A stretch of 64,000 nucleotides of DNA from Scyliorhinus canicula (GCF_902713615.1 NW_024056010.1:882378-946377); one strand, 5' to 3'. Positions 48,875 to 61,149 are shown, counted from the stretch's first letter. Numbers and translations are program-made. The notes: generated from the sequence alone by a model not told the origin.

Positions 48875-49225
48875 ATAGAACATAGAACATAGAACAGTAC
48901 AGCACAGAACAGGCCCTTCGGCCCTCAATGTTGTGCCGAGCCATGATCACCCTACTCAACCCACGTATCCACCCTATACCCGTAACCCAACAACCCCCCC
49001 CTTAACCTTACTTTTATTAGGACACTACGGGCAATTTAGCATGGCCAATCCACCTAACCCACACATCTTTGGACTGTGGGAGGAAACCGGAGCACCCGGA
49101 GGAAACCCACGCACACAGGGGGAGGACGTGCAGACTCCACACAGACAGTGACCCAGCCGGGAATCGAACCTGGGACCCTGGAGCTGTGAAGCATTTATGC
49201 TAACCACCATGCTACCCTGCTGCCC
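48875..49225 (-). mobile_element. V-SINE (HE1-like), young copy
   Basis: Complete head, core and (TTCTATG)n tail. Confidence 0.92.
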
Positions 49226-50210
49226 CCACATCTTCATTATATTTTGAATGCAAGATGTGATCTTAGACCAATCAATTCTCGAGGGGCGAAATTTTAATAG
49301 CCAATTTTTGATTGCCAGCCAACCAGCTTCTAAATTTATCAAATCCTCTTCGAGGGCAATTTCTACCTCTAGTCCAAGAGTTGCACTGGCATGAATGCCT
49401 ACTACAACAGTCAGAATTTGTACTCCATCAAATGGGTGGAGATGATAAACGGGTTTTAATCTGTGAAGTTGATCCCATGTGGTCATACCACCCTTTTTAG
49501 GGCGTTGAAGATCTTTGGACCAATTGTCAGTTTTTTCAGGGTCTGCTGGTTCATGAATCCAATGGTGGTCAAATACGTTTTTCGTGACAGTTTCACCTTC
49601 CTCTTCTACTTTCTTGCTTCCAACTCTAATCCGTTTGCATTTTAAAGGGGCTAGTCAAATTAATTTAGTATTTTGCATTGTAGGAAAACGTGTTGCATCA
49701 CTATCTTCATCTGATTCAACTGGCAAATGAATTTTAGATTTTAATTTAGTCCTGACACTTGATCTCGGCTGTGCTATTGCCAATTGGGCTGCTTGCTGAA
49801 TTTGAACTGTTTGTTCAGCTGCTTGTTGAATCTGAGCTGTGCTTTGGTTTAAATTATGAACTGCAAGACTGTCTATCAGGATTTTGCAGTGTCCTTTTAA
49901 ATTGTTCATTTCTCCTTCTAAATCAAATCTTTCTTCGATTAACTTGCAATTTTCTATTTCAATTCGCTCAGTTTTTGATGGCAACTGTTGGTATTTTGAC
50001 TTAATTTCAAGAACTTTATGTTGCAATTCCTCAATTTGAAAAGATAGTTGCTGGACTTTAAAGGATTTGTTTTCCAATCCTGTTCTAATTTCATGATAAT
50101 GCTCAAGTTTGGATTTTGCATCGCGTAATTCCTCAACAACTGCAATCAGTTGATCTTTAATGGACTTAAGCTCAGGATCACTTTTATTTTTAATAGTTAT
50201 TTCTTGCTGT
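49226..50210 (-). pseudogene. Decayed Gag-like/coiled-coil ORF relic, probably from an LTR element or ERV
   Basis: ~185-codon open coiled-coil frame (50210-49655), a stop and a frameshift, then a frame through NWSKDLQRPKKGGMTTWDQLHRLKPVYHLHPFDG...DWSKITSC, cut by a SINE. Family assignment is inference. Confidence 0.5.
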
Positions 50211-51780
50211 CTGCATATTTATGAGTGCTCTTGAGTGTGTGTGTGTGTTTCCTTGCGTGTGTGTGTTGCTGCGTTGCGCGTCTGAGTGTAAGTGTGTGTG
50301 AACATATGTGTGTGTTCCTGTGTGTCCCTATGTGGGCGTTCCTGTGTGTGCCCGAGAGAGATAGACAGAGTACGTGTCTGTACGTGAGATAGGTGTTAGA
50401 GGGAGAATACAATAATCTGCAAGGGAGAGTTTCTGTGTGAGTATGTGTGAGGGGATGTGTGTGTGAGATTTTGTGTGTGAGTGAGAGAGGCAATGTGTGT
50501 GAGAGTGTGTGTAAATGGCAGATTGTGTGCGTGAGTTCGAGATAGCGTGTGTATGATTGAGTGTGTGAGATTAGAGAGCATGTGAGTGTGTACCTAAAAC
50601 AGTGAGAGAGACCACGTGTGCCAGAGAGAGACAGAATGTGGGGGCGCGTTTGTGTGTGATAGTGTGCCAAAGAACATGTGTGTGTTTGAGTGAGAGAATG
50701 TGTGTGCTTGCGAGATGCTGTTTGTGTGGGAGTGTTTGTGTATGTGTGAGGGAGAGACGGTGTGTCAGAGAAGGACAGATTGTGCGGACGAGTTTGTGTG
50801 TTTATGAGAGAACGTGTGACAGTGTGCCAAAGAACATGTCTGTGTTTGAGTGAAATAAAGTGTGTTTACGAGATATGTATGTACCAGTGTTTGTGTGTGA
50901 GAGATATGAGTGCTTGTGTATGTGTGTCTTTGTGTATGAGTGTGCATGTGCGAAAGAGAGATTGTTTGAGAGAGACACGTGACACTGCATGGGAGAGAGA
51001 GCAGGTGAGAGAATGTATGTGTGTGACAGGGTGCGTGTGTGTCTCTGGAAGTGTGTGTGAGAGAAAGGGAGAGAGATAGTATGTTTGAGATTGTGTGTGT
51101 GAAAGAAGGAATGATTCTATTTGAAGAGCGATTATGGATGTGAGACGATGTGCGGGAGAGATCTGTGTGTCTGAGATAGTGTGTCTGTGATAGAGAGGGA
51201 GTGTGTGAGAGAAAGAATGTGCGTCTGAGTGTGTGTGTGTCAGAGAGAGAGAATGTGTGAGATAGAGTGTGAGATACTGCATGCCTGAAAGGGAGAGATA
51301 GATTGTGTGTCAGAGAGGGAGAATGAGACAGTGTCCATGAGAGAGAGAGAGGGCATGTGCCAGGGTGCGCGTGTGAGGGTGCGCGAGGGCGAGAGTGAGA
51401 GAGTAATAATGTGTTGGCGAGTTTGTGTGCGTCTGAGATATTGTGTATGTGTATACCGGAGGGAATGTGTATGAGAGAGAACCTGAAAGAAAAAATGCTA
51501 CGTTTTGAAGAGTGATTATGCATGTATGTGAGGGAGAGAGACGGTCTGTGTGTTTGAGAGTGGGTGTGAGAGTGAGGCAAGGTGTGTCAGAGATTTGGTG
51601 AAAGAGAGTGCGTGTGAGATAGAGCGTGTGTGAGTGAGAGCGCGTGAGTGAGAGATCATCACAGTGTGTCTGAGAGTGAGATTGTGAGTGTGTGATTGCG
51701 TGTGAGGCACAGTGTGTCTGTGTGAGGCTGTGAGAGAATGTGTGTGAGAGAGCGAGAGTATGTATGTGTTTGTGATGATG
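50210..51780. repeat. Degenerate (TG/GA)n low-complexity tract (similar tracts at 31380-31760, 32090-32760, 48670-48875)
   Basis: Alternating purine-pyrimidine rich sequence. Confidence 0.85.
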
Positions 51781-54080
51781 TATGGGTGCACCAACACCTG
51801 CAAGTTCCCTTCCAAGTCACTCACCATCCTGATTTGGAAATATACTGCCAATCCTTCACTGTCGCCGAGTCAAAATTCTGGACCTCCCTCCCTAGCAATA
51901 TTGCAGATATACCTCCGCCACATGGACTGCAGCTATTCAAGGATGCTTCGCATCAAAACTTTCCCAAGAACCCTTAGGAATATATAATAAAATCTAGCCT
52001 TGCCAGCGCCTCCAGAATCCGAGGATAGGATTAAAAATAAAATGCAAAGGGATTTCTCCGCTGCACTGACCCATTAAACAGATCAAGGACGGCCACAGCA
52101 CGGAATGTAACCCGTAATCGCTCTCTGCATTGCCGAATCGAAAATTCCCAAGACCAATATATCACTGCTTAAAAATCAACCAAATCTCCTTCTACAACCT
52201 ATCTGGCGTTGCTGAATTATTTCTGACTGTCACAATCTGGGGTTGGATTCCCCTTCCTGAGTCGCCTAGTCAAACATCAAGTATAATTTCCACATTCCAC
52301 ACATATACAAGTTTTATTGAAGGACTTGATCAAATTGTACTCCCTGAAATACTGGAAAATGAAGTAGAAGATTTACAACCAGTCAGGAAGATTCCTGGTC
52401 CCAGCACAGTGACCGCGCGCACAGAAACTGAACAGATACACATGGCAACAATCGAGTTCCAGCAGATAGTTCTGTTCAATCTGTCAGTTTCATGAAACTG
52501 TTTGATTCTAATTGATCAATGGTCAACTTCCGACAACAATAATTTAGTGACTTATTTGAAATTAACCTGACATTAATTTCAAAACTGCATTCGGTTTTTA
52601 ACTATTTCTCTCTGTCTGTCTCAAATCTCGATAATTGGGCAAAAAGTAGTTTTGCTGAAAATGAGCAGATTAAATATTACAGATTCAGGGCAGATTAATG
52701 ACAGAACAGAGACTCAGTGACAGGGCAATAATTAAACAAACCAGGAAATATTCACATTACCCACTATGATCTAAAAACACAACTAAATATAATCAGCAAA
52801 AGAATCAGGGCAAAAGAATGTAATCAGCAAAAGGATTTAGCTGCACACAGCAGTATAATGAAATGTATTGTTTCCTAAATTAATTTCAGATATTATTAAA
52901 ATTCTCTAAACCATTTGAGATACTGCACGCCAGGATACAACTCAATTGTAGGAGATCATTTATGTTGAATTAATTCTCACTGATATTGTATTGTAAGTTA
53001 TTGTTAATTGTCAGCTAATTCTTTAATCGATTATCTGTACTATAATAATACATATAATAAAAATAGCATTCAATAATCCCCAATTTGTTTTTACCCAGAG
53101 CTTTATGAAATAATTGGGGTTTAATTAAAACAACCTGGCAATCAAACAATGTTGAACAGCAAACTCCAAATTACTCGATGGAATCATCTTAACATTTAAT
53201 TGACTATATTCACATTTTATTTTTTTTACTCCAATTGCTCTATTCGACCTACAAATGTGTAAAATATGCGCCTTTCTGAACGCATTGATAAATCATAAAC
53301 TCCATCTATTCTCAGAAAGTAATGAATATAACGAGACCAGCTCAGTAATGTTTATTCAAATCATTTGTAAAACTGACCCATTATGAGCAAGTGGAGTGGA
53401 AAATTTGTTGTTGAATTTAGCATTTAATAAAATTTAAGCCGAAAGCTAAGATATAATAATTCTTTCTTTCCTATCATCTGTTCTTCCTATAATTCTATCG
53501 TGCAGAGCACAGCCGTGGGAGACAGGATGTCATTATAAAATGCAAAGGTACTGTTAACCTTTTGTAAATAAATAAATCGGTTTGACATTCAAGCTTTTAC
53601 TTTTCAATCTCTTGCCATATGCAATCTGAACTTTCCTATAATACAAATAAAATCATGGGAACAATTCATTGATTGGCAGCGACTTTCACATCTAAGAAAA
53701 CTGTTTCAGGTTAGATTACTGATAATTCCCTCGCTATCCAACTACGCATTACAGTGAAGGTATACTATGGTTGCAGCGCCACAGAAATAATAGAATAACT
53801 GGAACTACAAAGTATTTCCAGCCTAGAAACCTGTCCGGCCATGTCAACCTCGTGCAGAACACAGCAGGATTGTGAATGGTGATTAATGATGAATTATATT
53901 AATCTAAAATAACCCTTGGTTAATATAGAGTTGTATCACCGCATTGCAATTGTTTGAATTATATAAATGTTACTATGTTTTGCATGGGCGTTTCAGTCAC
54001 TATTTCGTTTAATCTGGAAGCATCAGTTAAAATTACAAAATGCATCAATGTATCTTTATTCGATTATTTTCTTAAGCCTG

Positions 54081-55380
54081 GCTGTTTTCTCCTGACAATC
54101 GCCCTTCAAGCATTTTCAAACACGGAGACTGTTTGCATTCAACCAGTAAACGTGTAACCGCTCAGTGTCACCGAGTTTAAACAATGCAGAAACAATGCAG
54201 AAACGCTGAACCGTTTGACAGATCTGAATCATTTAAAGTCATCCAGATACACCATCTCCTCAGCAGAACAAAACACTAAATCACATCAATGAAACCCGTT
54301 TATGGAGAAGCAACTCAACTCTACATCGAACAGGATCAAACTTAACATTGCAAGAAAATATCAATATCCAGCAAACCAGCTCATCGCCAAATGTATGAAT
54401 TATTGAACTAAACAGAAATATGGAATAACAGCAATAGCATTGCGAGGAGCTGGAATATTAACAACAAATAAATATTGAAACTTTACCACATTTTTTCATA
54501 TTGAGTCATTTTTCAAACATTTAAATGCTTTTAATGTTTGCAGTTGATGGTAAAAGCTGCAACCATCAGATGCCACCGAGATTAAACTTTGCACAAACGG
54601 CAAACTGATTGCAGCAACACTTGTGCTCGGAAAGGATTTGTGGTAAAACGTGGCTTAGTTTAATCTGCAATTTTCACTTTTTTCACGATGCACTAACAGC
54701 CTCCCTGTTCTCTGCCGACAATCCTGCGACAAGCAGTTTCAAACACGCAGACTCTTTGCATTCAATCACAAAACGTGTAACCGCTCAGTGTCACCGAGTT
54801 GAAACAATACAGACACGCCAAACCATTTCACAAACATTCCTACACAAAGTCACCCAAAAACATTCCTCAGCAGAAAAACACCAAATCACATCGCTGAAGG
54901 AATGAAACATCATGGAGAAGCAGCTCAATTCTACAAACCTTCCAAAAGAATCAAATGTAACATTGCAAGAACATCTCAATTTAGAATGCACCAAACCCTC
55001 ATGTCATCAAATGAATGAACAGGTAAACTAAACAGAAAACTTGAATAATACCATCAGCACTTTCAGTAAGCAGAACATGTTCAATAAGATAATACAGAAA
55101 CTTTAGCACATTTAGTCAATATTGGGATCGATCTCATACACTTGTGCGGAAGACGGTACAAGCTGCAGACATTGGATAGAACCGAGATTAAACATCGTAA
55201 AAACAGCCGTTTTGTATTTAAAGTAACCCAGCCACACAGTATCCTCAGCAAATAAACATCAAATCACAGCAAACAGGGACTGAATCCCTCAGCAGCATCT
55301 TTCTGTCAAGAAACCTCGGGATTCTATACCCCCTTTCAACAGAATCAAATGAAACATTGCAACAACATCTCAATACACGA
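54081..55380. repeat. Diverged ~620-bp tandem duplication (2 copies plus a partial third) just 3' of JH
   Basis: Identical 30-mer at 54148-54177 and 54771-54800, with collinear similarity on both sides. Confidence 0.85.
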
Positions 55381-55484
55381 TCCACCAAAACACATTTCAG
55401 TGAACGAATGGATTTTGAAAATACAGAAAAATATAAAACAAATACTCAAGTAAAACAGTTGGTAAATGACGGAATGGTTCTTAC

Positions 55485-55532
55485 CTGCAGTCACCGTCAC
55501 CATGGCCCCCTGTCCCCAGTAGCCCATGGCGT
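55485..55532 (-). CDS. IGHJ: JH segment (AMGYWGQGAMVTVTA)
   Basis: WGQG motif, VTVT, phase-1 donor G|GTAAG. Confidence 0.96.
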
Positions 55533-55571
55533 CACAGTGTTACATTCCCTGAGCTGCTCCATACAATAACC
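55533..55571 (-). other. JH 5' recombination signal, 23-bp spacer
   Basis: GGTTATTGT-23-CACTGTG immediately before the J coding sequence. Confidence 0.93.
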
Positions 55572-55892
55572 GCACCTGCACAAAATAGACAGAAACCCAG
55601 CGTTATTTTAAATATTCACAAACCAACGGCAAAGAAAATTCACGATTAATTTTCAGGAAATTATATTAATATTTGTGGATACCGTTCTCTCTTCATAAAT
55701 GACCGAATGTTTACATTTCACAGATATGGAAATGTTACTGAAAACACCAACTGTGACTAACTAACGACCACCAAATTTCCAGATTAATTCTTATTATTTT
55801 GTCAGTGCTGGAAATAAATAATGCTTCACTGTAAATAAAGTTGGATTGTAAAATCGAGCACTGAGCCAGCCTCAGTGAATTAGTGCTGAGGG

Positions 55893-55958
55893 GCTTTTTG
55901 TATTGACAGTAACTGCTGTGCCCCAGTTATCACAGTGAGACACAGCGTGTCAAATACT
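55893..55958 (-). other. IGHD: D2 segment (ATAACTGGGG, 55921-55930) with 12/12 RSS
   Basis: AGTATTTGA-12-CACTGTG | 10-nt D | CACAGCA-12-ACAAAAAGC. Confidence 0.93.
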
Positions 55959-56259
55959 GCGGCAGACTGTTAACTGTAAAATACAGAGATTTAATTTCAC
56001 TGTTCACTCAAAAAACAAATTCTGTCTCTTCCAAGAGCGAATGGGTGAGTTATTTCAGATTGTCCTGGTCATTACATTTATAAAGAGGATCTGAACACTT
56101 TTAAACCTTCTGTGCACATTTAGCGAGTCGGTCAACAGTGATAAAGTGGAAGATTTTTATACCTTTTTGCAAACTAATATTGTGTTTTATTTAAGCCTCA
56201 TTTGCCTTGACAATCCTGTTGTGGCGCTGATCACCAATTTGAACAAACTCTATCACTGA

Positions 56260-56337
56260 GGTTTTTGTATGAGGATGTCGCTGTACACAGCACTGTGACC
56301 CACTGTAGTCACAGTGACAGACACCCGCACAAAAACT
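56260..56337 (-). other. IGHD: D1 segment (ACTACAGTGGGT, 56298-56309) with 5' 12-RSS and 3' 22-RSS
   Basis: AGTTTTTGT-12-CACTGTG | 12-nt D | CACAGTG-22-ACAAAAACC; the 12/22 configuration typical of shark D1. Confidence 0.95.
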
Positions 56338-56707
56338 GCACTCACTCTCTGTTAAGTCCTGCCGCTCAATATTCACTTCAAATACACGTTTACTTCTGAT
56401 CTAATTTACTATTTATACAGCAGTTTATCAAATCCAATGTACATAGATTTTCTCAAGTATCAGAAATAATAAAACCAGGATTATATTCAAGTCTGTATTT
56501 GCTGAAACTGTGAACAGTAAATATAAACAGACAAAAGCTCATCCTATTAGATCGATTGGTTTGTTCGGCTTTACTGTTTAATTTTCTCTGTGTGAGTTAT
56601 GTAAGAAGCAGCGTGTGCAATGACTCTGATCACTGACATTAATATTAGATTTGGATCAAGTGCTGACTTTCAGGTTAAGGTGCAAGTTGCTGAATTTCCT
56701 CTCGAGC

Positions 56708-56746
56708 TGTTCTTGTGCGGGTCCAGCCCTGGTTCCTCTCGCTGTG
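56708..56746 (-). other. VH 3' recombination signal, 23-bp spacer
   Basis: CACAGCG - 23 nt - ACAAGAACA, abutting the V coding end. Confidence 0.92.
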
Positions 56747-57051
56747 GTATCCTGCACAGTAATAGATGGCGGTGTCTTCGGTCTTCAGGCTCCTCATGGC
56801 CAAAGAGAAGATGTTGTTTGAAGTGTCTTTGGACGCAGTGAATCGATCTTTAATTGCTGGGGCGTAGCTGTTGTCTGATGAACTATAGTAGTGAACCAGC
56901 CACTGCAGCCCCTGTCCGGGAACCTGCCGGAGCCAGTGCATGTAGTAGCTGCCAAGATCGAAGCCGCTGGTTTTACAGGTCAGTGTCAGGGAGCCTCCGG
57001 GACGCCCGGTCTCTGCCTCTGGCTGAGTCAACACAACATCCGACTGGACAC
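56747..57051 (-). CDS. IGHV: Germline VH exon, shark IgM type
   Basis: Acceptor ttttacag|GT. Open frame [98 protein letters not shown] with both canonical Cys, Trp and the DTAIYYC motif. Confidence 0.97.
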
Positions 57052-57179
57052 CTGTAAAAATATATCAAAAAGCCCGAGGATTAATGCTGGAGAAATGATT
57101 GGTGACTCTGGAGCATTCCAGAGAGAGACTAACACTGAGACAGTAACAGTGAGAGACTTGGACAATAAAAACTACTCAC

Positions 57180-57225
57180 GGGATAAGAAAGTCAGCAACA
57201 AACTGAGAGAAATGGCCCACCTCAT
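57180..57225 (-). CDS. IGHV: IgM heavy chain leader exon (MRWAISLSLLLTFLS, phase 1)
   Basis: ATG at 57225, hydrophobic signal peptide, donor C|GTGAGT. Splices in frame to the V exon giving ...FLSRVQS|DVVLTQ. An in-frame upstream ATG lies at 57237. Confidence 0.93.
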
Positions 57226-57309
57226 CCTTCTGGTCATTTGGGGGAAATGGTTGTGTCAGGAACTCAGTGAACAAACCAGCTCCCGGACTGTTGGATTCGG
57301 GTCCCAGTG

Positions 57310-57470
57310 AGCGGCATTTAAATACCCGGCAGAAGGGGGCAGCTTTCCAGGCGCCGCCTGTTGATTCCCTGGTGGAGGCGGCGCCTGGATCCACGTCCCA
57401 CCTTCCACACCCCCAACAGAATGGACTCAGATATTTACTATAGGTTATTACTAAAAAGTGACATTAGATC
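57310..57470 (-). promoter_or_regulatory. VH promoter: TATA-like TATTTAAA (57317-57324), GC-rich 14-bp inverted repeat, CRE-like decamer AGTGACATTA (57457-57466)
   Basis: TATA-like element ~90 nt upstream of the ATG. I saw no perfect octamer in the proximal region. Confidence 0.6.
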
Positions 57471-59299
57471 GGAATATTTGTTTGGCTGAATGGATTCATT
57501 GTAATGTCTATCCTCATCCGAATGGAAAATTATATTTGAGCATCTCTGAGTAAAATCTAATTCCATTATACATTAAGTCTCTTTATTTCTGCACTCCAAT
57601 ATAAAGGGATGAAGATAAACAGAATAAATTACATTTATCAGGGTATAAATCGTCTGTCTATCCAATTACAACAGCAAAGTATAATTTATCAGACGAAATG
57701 TAACTAAATGAGGGAATGAATGACGTGATTACATTTGCAGTGCGGATGGCCATCACTGTACAATGTGGGTCTGTAGACAAGAAGAAACTCCTCACATTAC
57801 ACAATGTGTCTCTTTACATTTCTCGATTTGCCCCTGAGCCTCAGACAGTACTGTGAACATTAGCTGTAAAAGAAGCCGCTTGCCTGATAATTCAGCAGTG
57901 AGTTGACAGAGAAACATAAAATTCAGACCAGCTTTTGACAGAGAAGTTAATGAATCAGAACGGGCGCGGCGATCAGCAAAGTTATCCTTTAGCATCCAAA
58001 TCATTGCCGCTAATTTTACTGACCAGCGGCTGTCTAACATTCACTGGTGTTGGGAACACAGGATATCAGGACTTTGCAGCATATTACACAATATCACAGG
58101 AATAAATGTTTTATTTTCCACGAAAGCAGGTCATGAACTGGTCATTTCTCCACTTATTGGCAGCAATGAGAGGGACTGTTAAACAATTGAAATCCAGACA
58201 AATTAAACTGTACATAACACGGTGTTAATCGGGTATAAGAGATCAAGGAGATCAAGAATTCGGAGAATATTCTAGGAATCCCCGCGAGTTTAATGCAGTT
58301 TATTTACTTTAAATTCATTTTATTTTATTTTTTGTAATTGAAGTCATCTTATTGAACTTGTGGATTGGGCCCATTAACACCACTCACTCTCACTTCATTA
58401 GGCTCTTAACAAACGGACTTTAATAACTAGAGTGACCTTTCCTCGGAACTAATATAAATTAAATAGCATCTGGTCAGTTAACTATTTTCCCATTGTGTTT
58501 AATCTCATAGTGAACAAAACATTCAGTGAATATATTTCTTTGCATGGATCACCATTTAAAACGTTTACTTCTTGTGCGACTGAAACATTTATTGTTTGAA
58601 TGGATAAATCCCATTTTATCCATTCATATTCAGGCTAATCTGCCCCACACAGTATTTGGCAGCAATCCAGCCGCCTGCAGTCAGGGAGGCTCGAATGTTC
58701 AATGTTGTTTACAGGAAGCATCTGGATTTGTTTTTCAAAGATCTGTTTCCTCAGTACTGACCGCTTGGCTGCAAGCCAACTTCAAATTCTTAACATTGTC
58801 AATGAGGACTATTTATAAACAAATCTACCCAGCAACAGTACTGGAGATCATTTTATGTTTTAAATTGCGAATTTATTTGAACTGTTCCCGTCTCTAAGGA
58901 AAGGAGAGTTATCCAGCTTTTCTAGCCTCTCTTAACAACACTAACCGGCTGGAGGATCTCTCCCACACCTCATAACATTGTGATGATGGATAGAAATACA
59001 AGCAGACTATCAGACAGAGGGTACATTTTGTAATAGATAAACACGTAATTCATGTGTTTTCCCTTTATTCTTCCATGGAATGTGGGACTCACTGGCAAGA
59101 CCACCATGTGTTCCCTGTCCCTAATTGCTGTTGAACTGAGTGGGCCAGCTCAGAAGGAACTGAAGAGTCAGACATGTTGCTGTCCAACTGGAGCCACATG
59201 TAGGTGAGGCAGGGAGGGATGTCAGATTTCCTTCATTGATGATGCAGAAGGGATTTCATGGTCACCATTATTATGTATTCCATATTTATTAATTGATAT

Positions 59300-59652
59300 G
59301 GGGGGCCTCACGGTAGCAGGGGGCCTCACGGTAGCATGGTGGTTAGCATCAATGCTTCACAGCTCCAGGGTCCCAGGTTCGATTCCCGGCTGGGTCACTG
59401 TCTGTGTGGAGTCTGCACGTCCTCCCTGTGTGTGCGTGGGTTTCCTCCGGGTGCTCCGGTTTCCTCCCACAGTCCAAAGATGTGCGGGTTAGGTGGATTG
59501 GCCATGCTAAATTGCCCGTAGTGTAAGGTTAATGGGGGGGATTGTTGGGTTACGGGTATACGGGTTACGTGGGTTTAAGTAGGGTGATCATTGCTCGGCA
59601 CAACATCGAGGGTCGAAGGGCCTGTTCTGTGCTGTACTGTTCTATGTTCTAT
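59300..59652 (+). mobile_element. V-SINE (HE1-like), young copy with a duplicated head
   Basis: Complete; ggggcctcacggtagca is present twice at the start. Confidence 0.92.
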
Positions 59653-59929
59653 GATATCAAATTCCGCCACTGACAATAGTGGGATTTGTACCTGAGTCCC
59701 CACAGGATTAGACTGGGCCTTTGGATTACTGGTACAATAACATGAATACTACACCACCACCTGCCAAAAGATAAAGGGATGACTGCTTTTATGTAGGGAT
59801 GGATGTTGGTTGGATGCCTGAATATTTTAAATGAGGAATCAGTGAATGTGGTTGATGGATGGATGGATAGATGGTCTGAAAGATGTTGTTCCACATTCTC
59901 AATTTTGCGCTTGATAAATTAAAGCAGGC

Positions 59930-60270
59930 CCTTCATAATTTGTGGATAGCACAATTGCTTCACAGCTCCAGGGTCCCAGGTTCGATTCCAGCTTGGGTCA
60001 CTGTCTGTGCGGAGTCTGCACATCCTCCCCGTGTGTGTGTGGGTTTCCTCCGGGTGCTCCGGTTTCCTCCCACAGTCCAAAGATGTGCAGTTTAGTTGGA
60101 TTGGCCATGATAAATTGCCCTTAGTGTCCAAAATTGTCCTTAGTGTTGGGTGGGGTTACTGGGTTATGGGGATAAGGTGGAGGTGTTGACTTTGGGTAAG
60201 GTGCTCTTTCCAAGAGCCGGTGCAGACTCGATGGGCCGAATGGCCTCCTTCTGCACTGTAAATTCTATGA
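59930..60270 (+). mobile_element. V-SINE (HE1-like)
   Basis: Core and tail. Confidence 0.9.
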
Positions 60271-61149
60271 TACTCTATGAATATGATAATTAGTGCCAGA
60301 CTAATACATTCGGTGGCTGAAACTTTTCTGGGTGAATTCCATCCCCAGACTATCGGGAACTGACGAGCTGGACTTCACTAAGAGGAAAGTAGAGATATTC
60401 CTGCGGTTCTAGCGCTTCTTCTCTGCTGATGACGAATCTTCATTTCAAAGACAGAAAGCGGGAACATGATTACATTGAGGAGGGACGGTTGTAATATTGT
60501 GTGCATGTGGTCATTTCATGTACAAAAGTCACTCCAGATGTCCCGACACAACTTAATGAAGACACCAGACTGAAAACAGAAATCCTGTGAAACTCAGTGG
60601 ACAGATGCGGACGTTGAATTGCTTTCCAAAACAGTGTAATAACAAATCGGGATTTAAAGATTCATTAACGTCACATCAGGTACAGGTATTTTCATTTCTA
60701 CCGACACTTTAAAAATCATCTCACCCTCCAGTCTGGCGATTCTGTGTGAGGACGAGGTGATTACTGACCAATACAGCGCAGAGGCTGCTGGGTAGCTGCA
60801 CATAATCCTCGGTCTGGTTTAATTCCAATTCACATTGAATTCTGATGCAGATGTTACTTGTTGGTGACAGAATGGTCAATGCTATCTCAATGATGTTTAA
60901 TCTCAATAAATTATGTTAAACATAGGAATTAGGAGCAGAAGTCGGAGTTTCAGACATTGGAGCCTGCTCCGCCGTTCAATCATCATGGCTGATCTCTTCC
61001 TGGTCTCAAATCCACCTCCCTTAAATGAATTGCATTTACATTTTGTAAAACCAAATGCGGAAAATAATAGGTGAATGTAACTATTTATGTTGTGAGTTGA
61101 TCATAATTGATTAATATAAGTATTTAACTTTGTGAGTTGTGATAATTGG

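Noticed and set aside
50197-51851. His/Thr-rich and Cys/Val-rich ORFs (also 32226-32864 and 48625-48959)
   Set aside because: Products of degenerate (TG)n tracts.
55941-55947. Extra CACAGCG heptamer inside the D2 5' RSS spacer
   Set aside because: No nonamer at 12 or 23 spacing from it; unlikely to be used.
58640-58700. Minus-strand ASLTAGGWIAAKYCVG, vaguely like a V-domain FR3
   Set aside because: Stops upstream, no DxAxYYC motif and no RSS.
48875-59652. Two young near-identical V-SINEs in inverted orientation flanking the V-D-D-J cassette
   Set aside because: With this SINE density such pairs are expected by chance, and there is no evidence of an inversion.
60340-60400. Minus strand ttcctcttag|T GAA GTC CAG CTC GTC AGT (EVQLVS), resembling a VH start
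   Set aside because: A stop follows within three codons, there is no downstream Cys/Trp framework or RSS, and it is unlike the local VH; probably chance.
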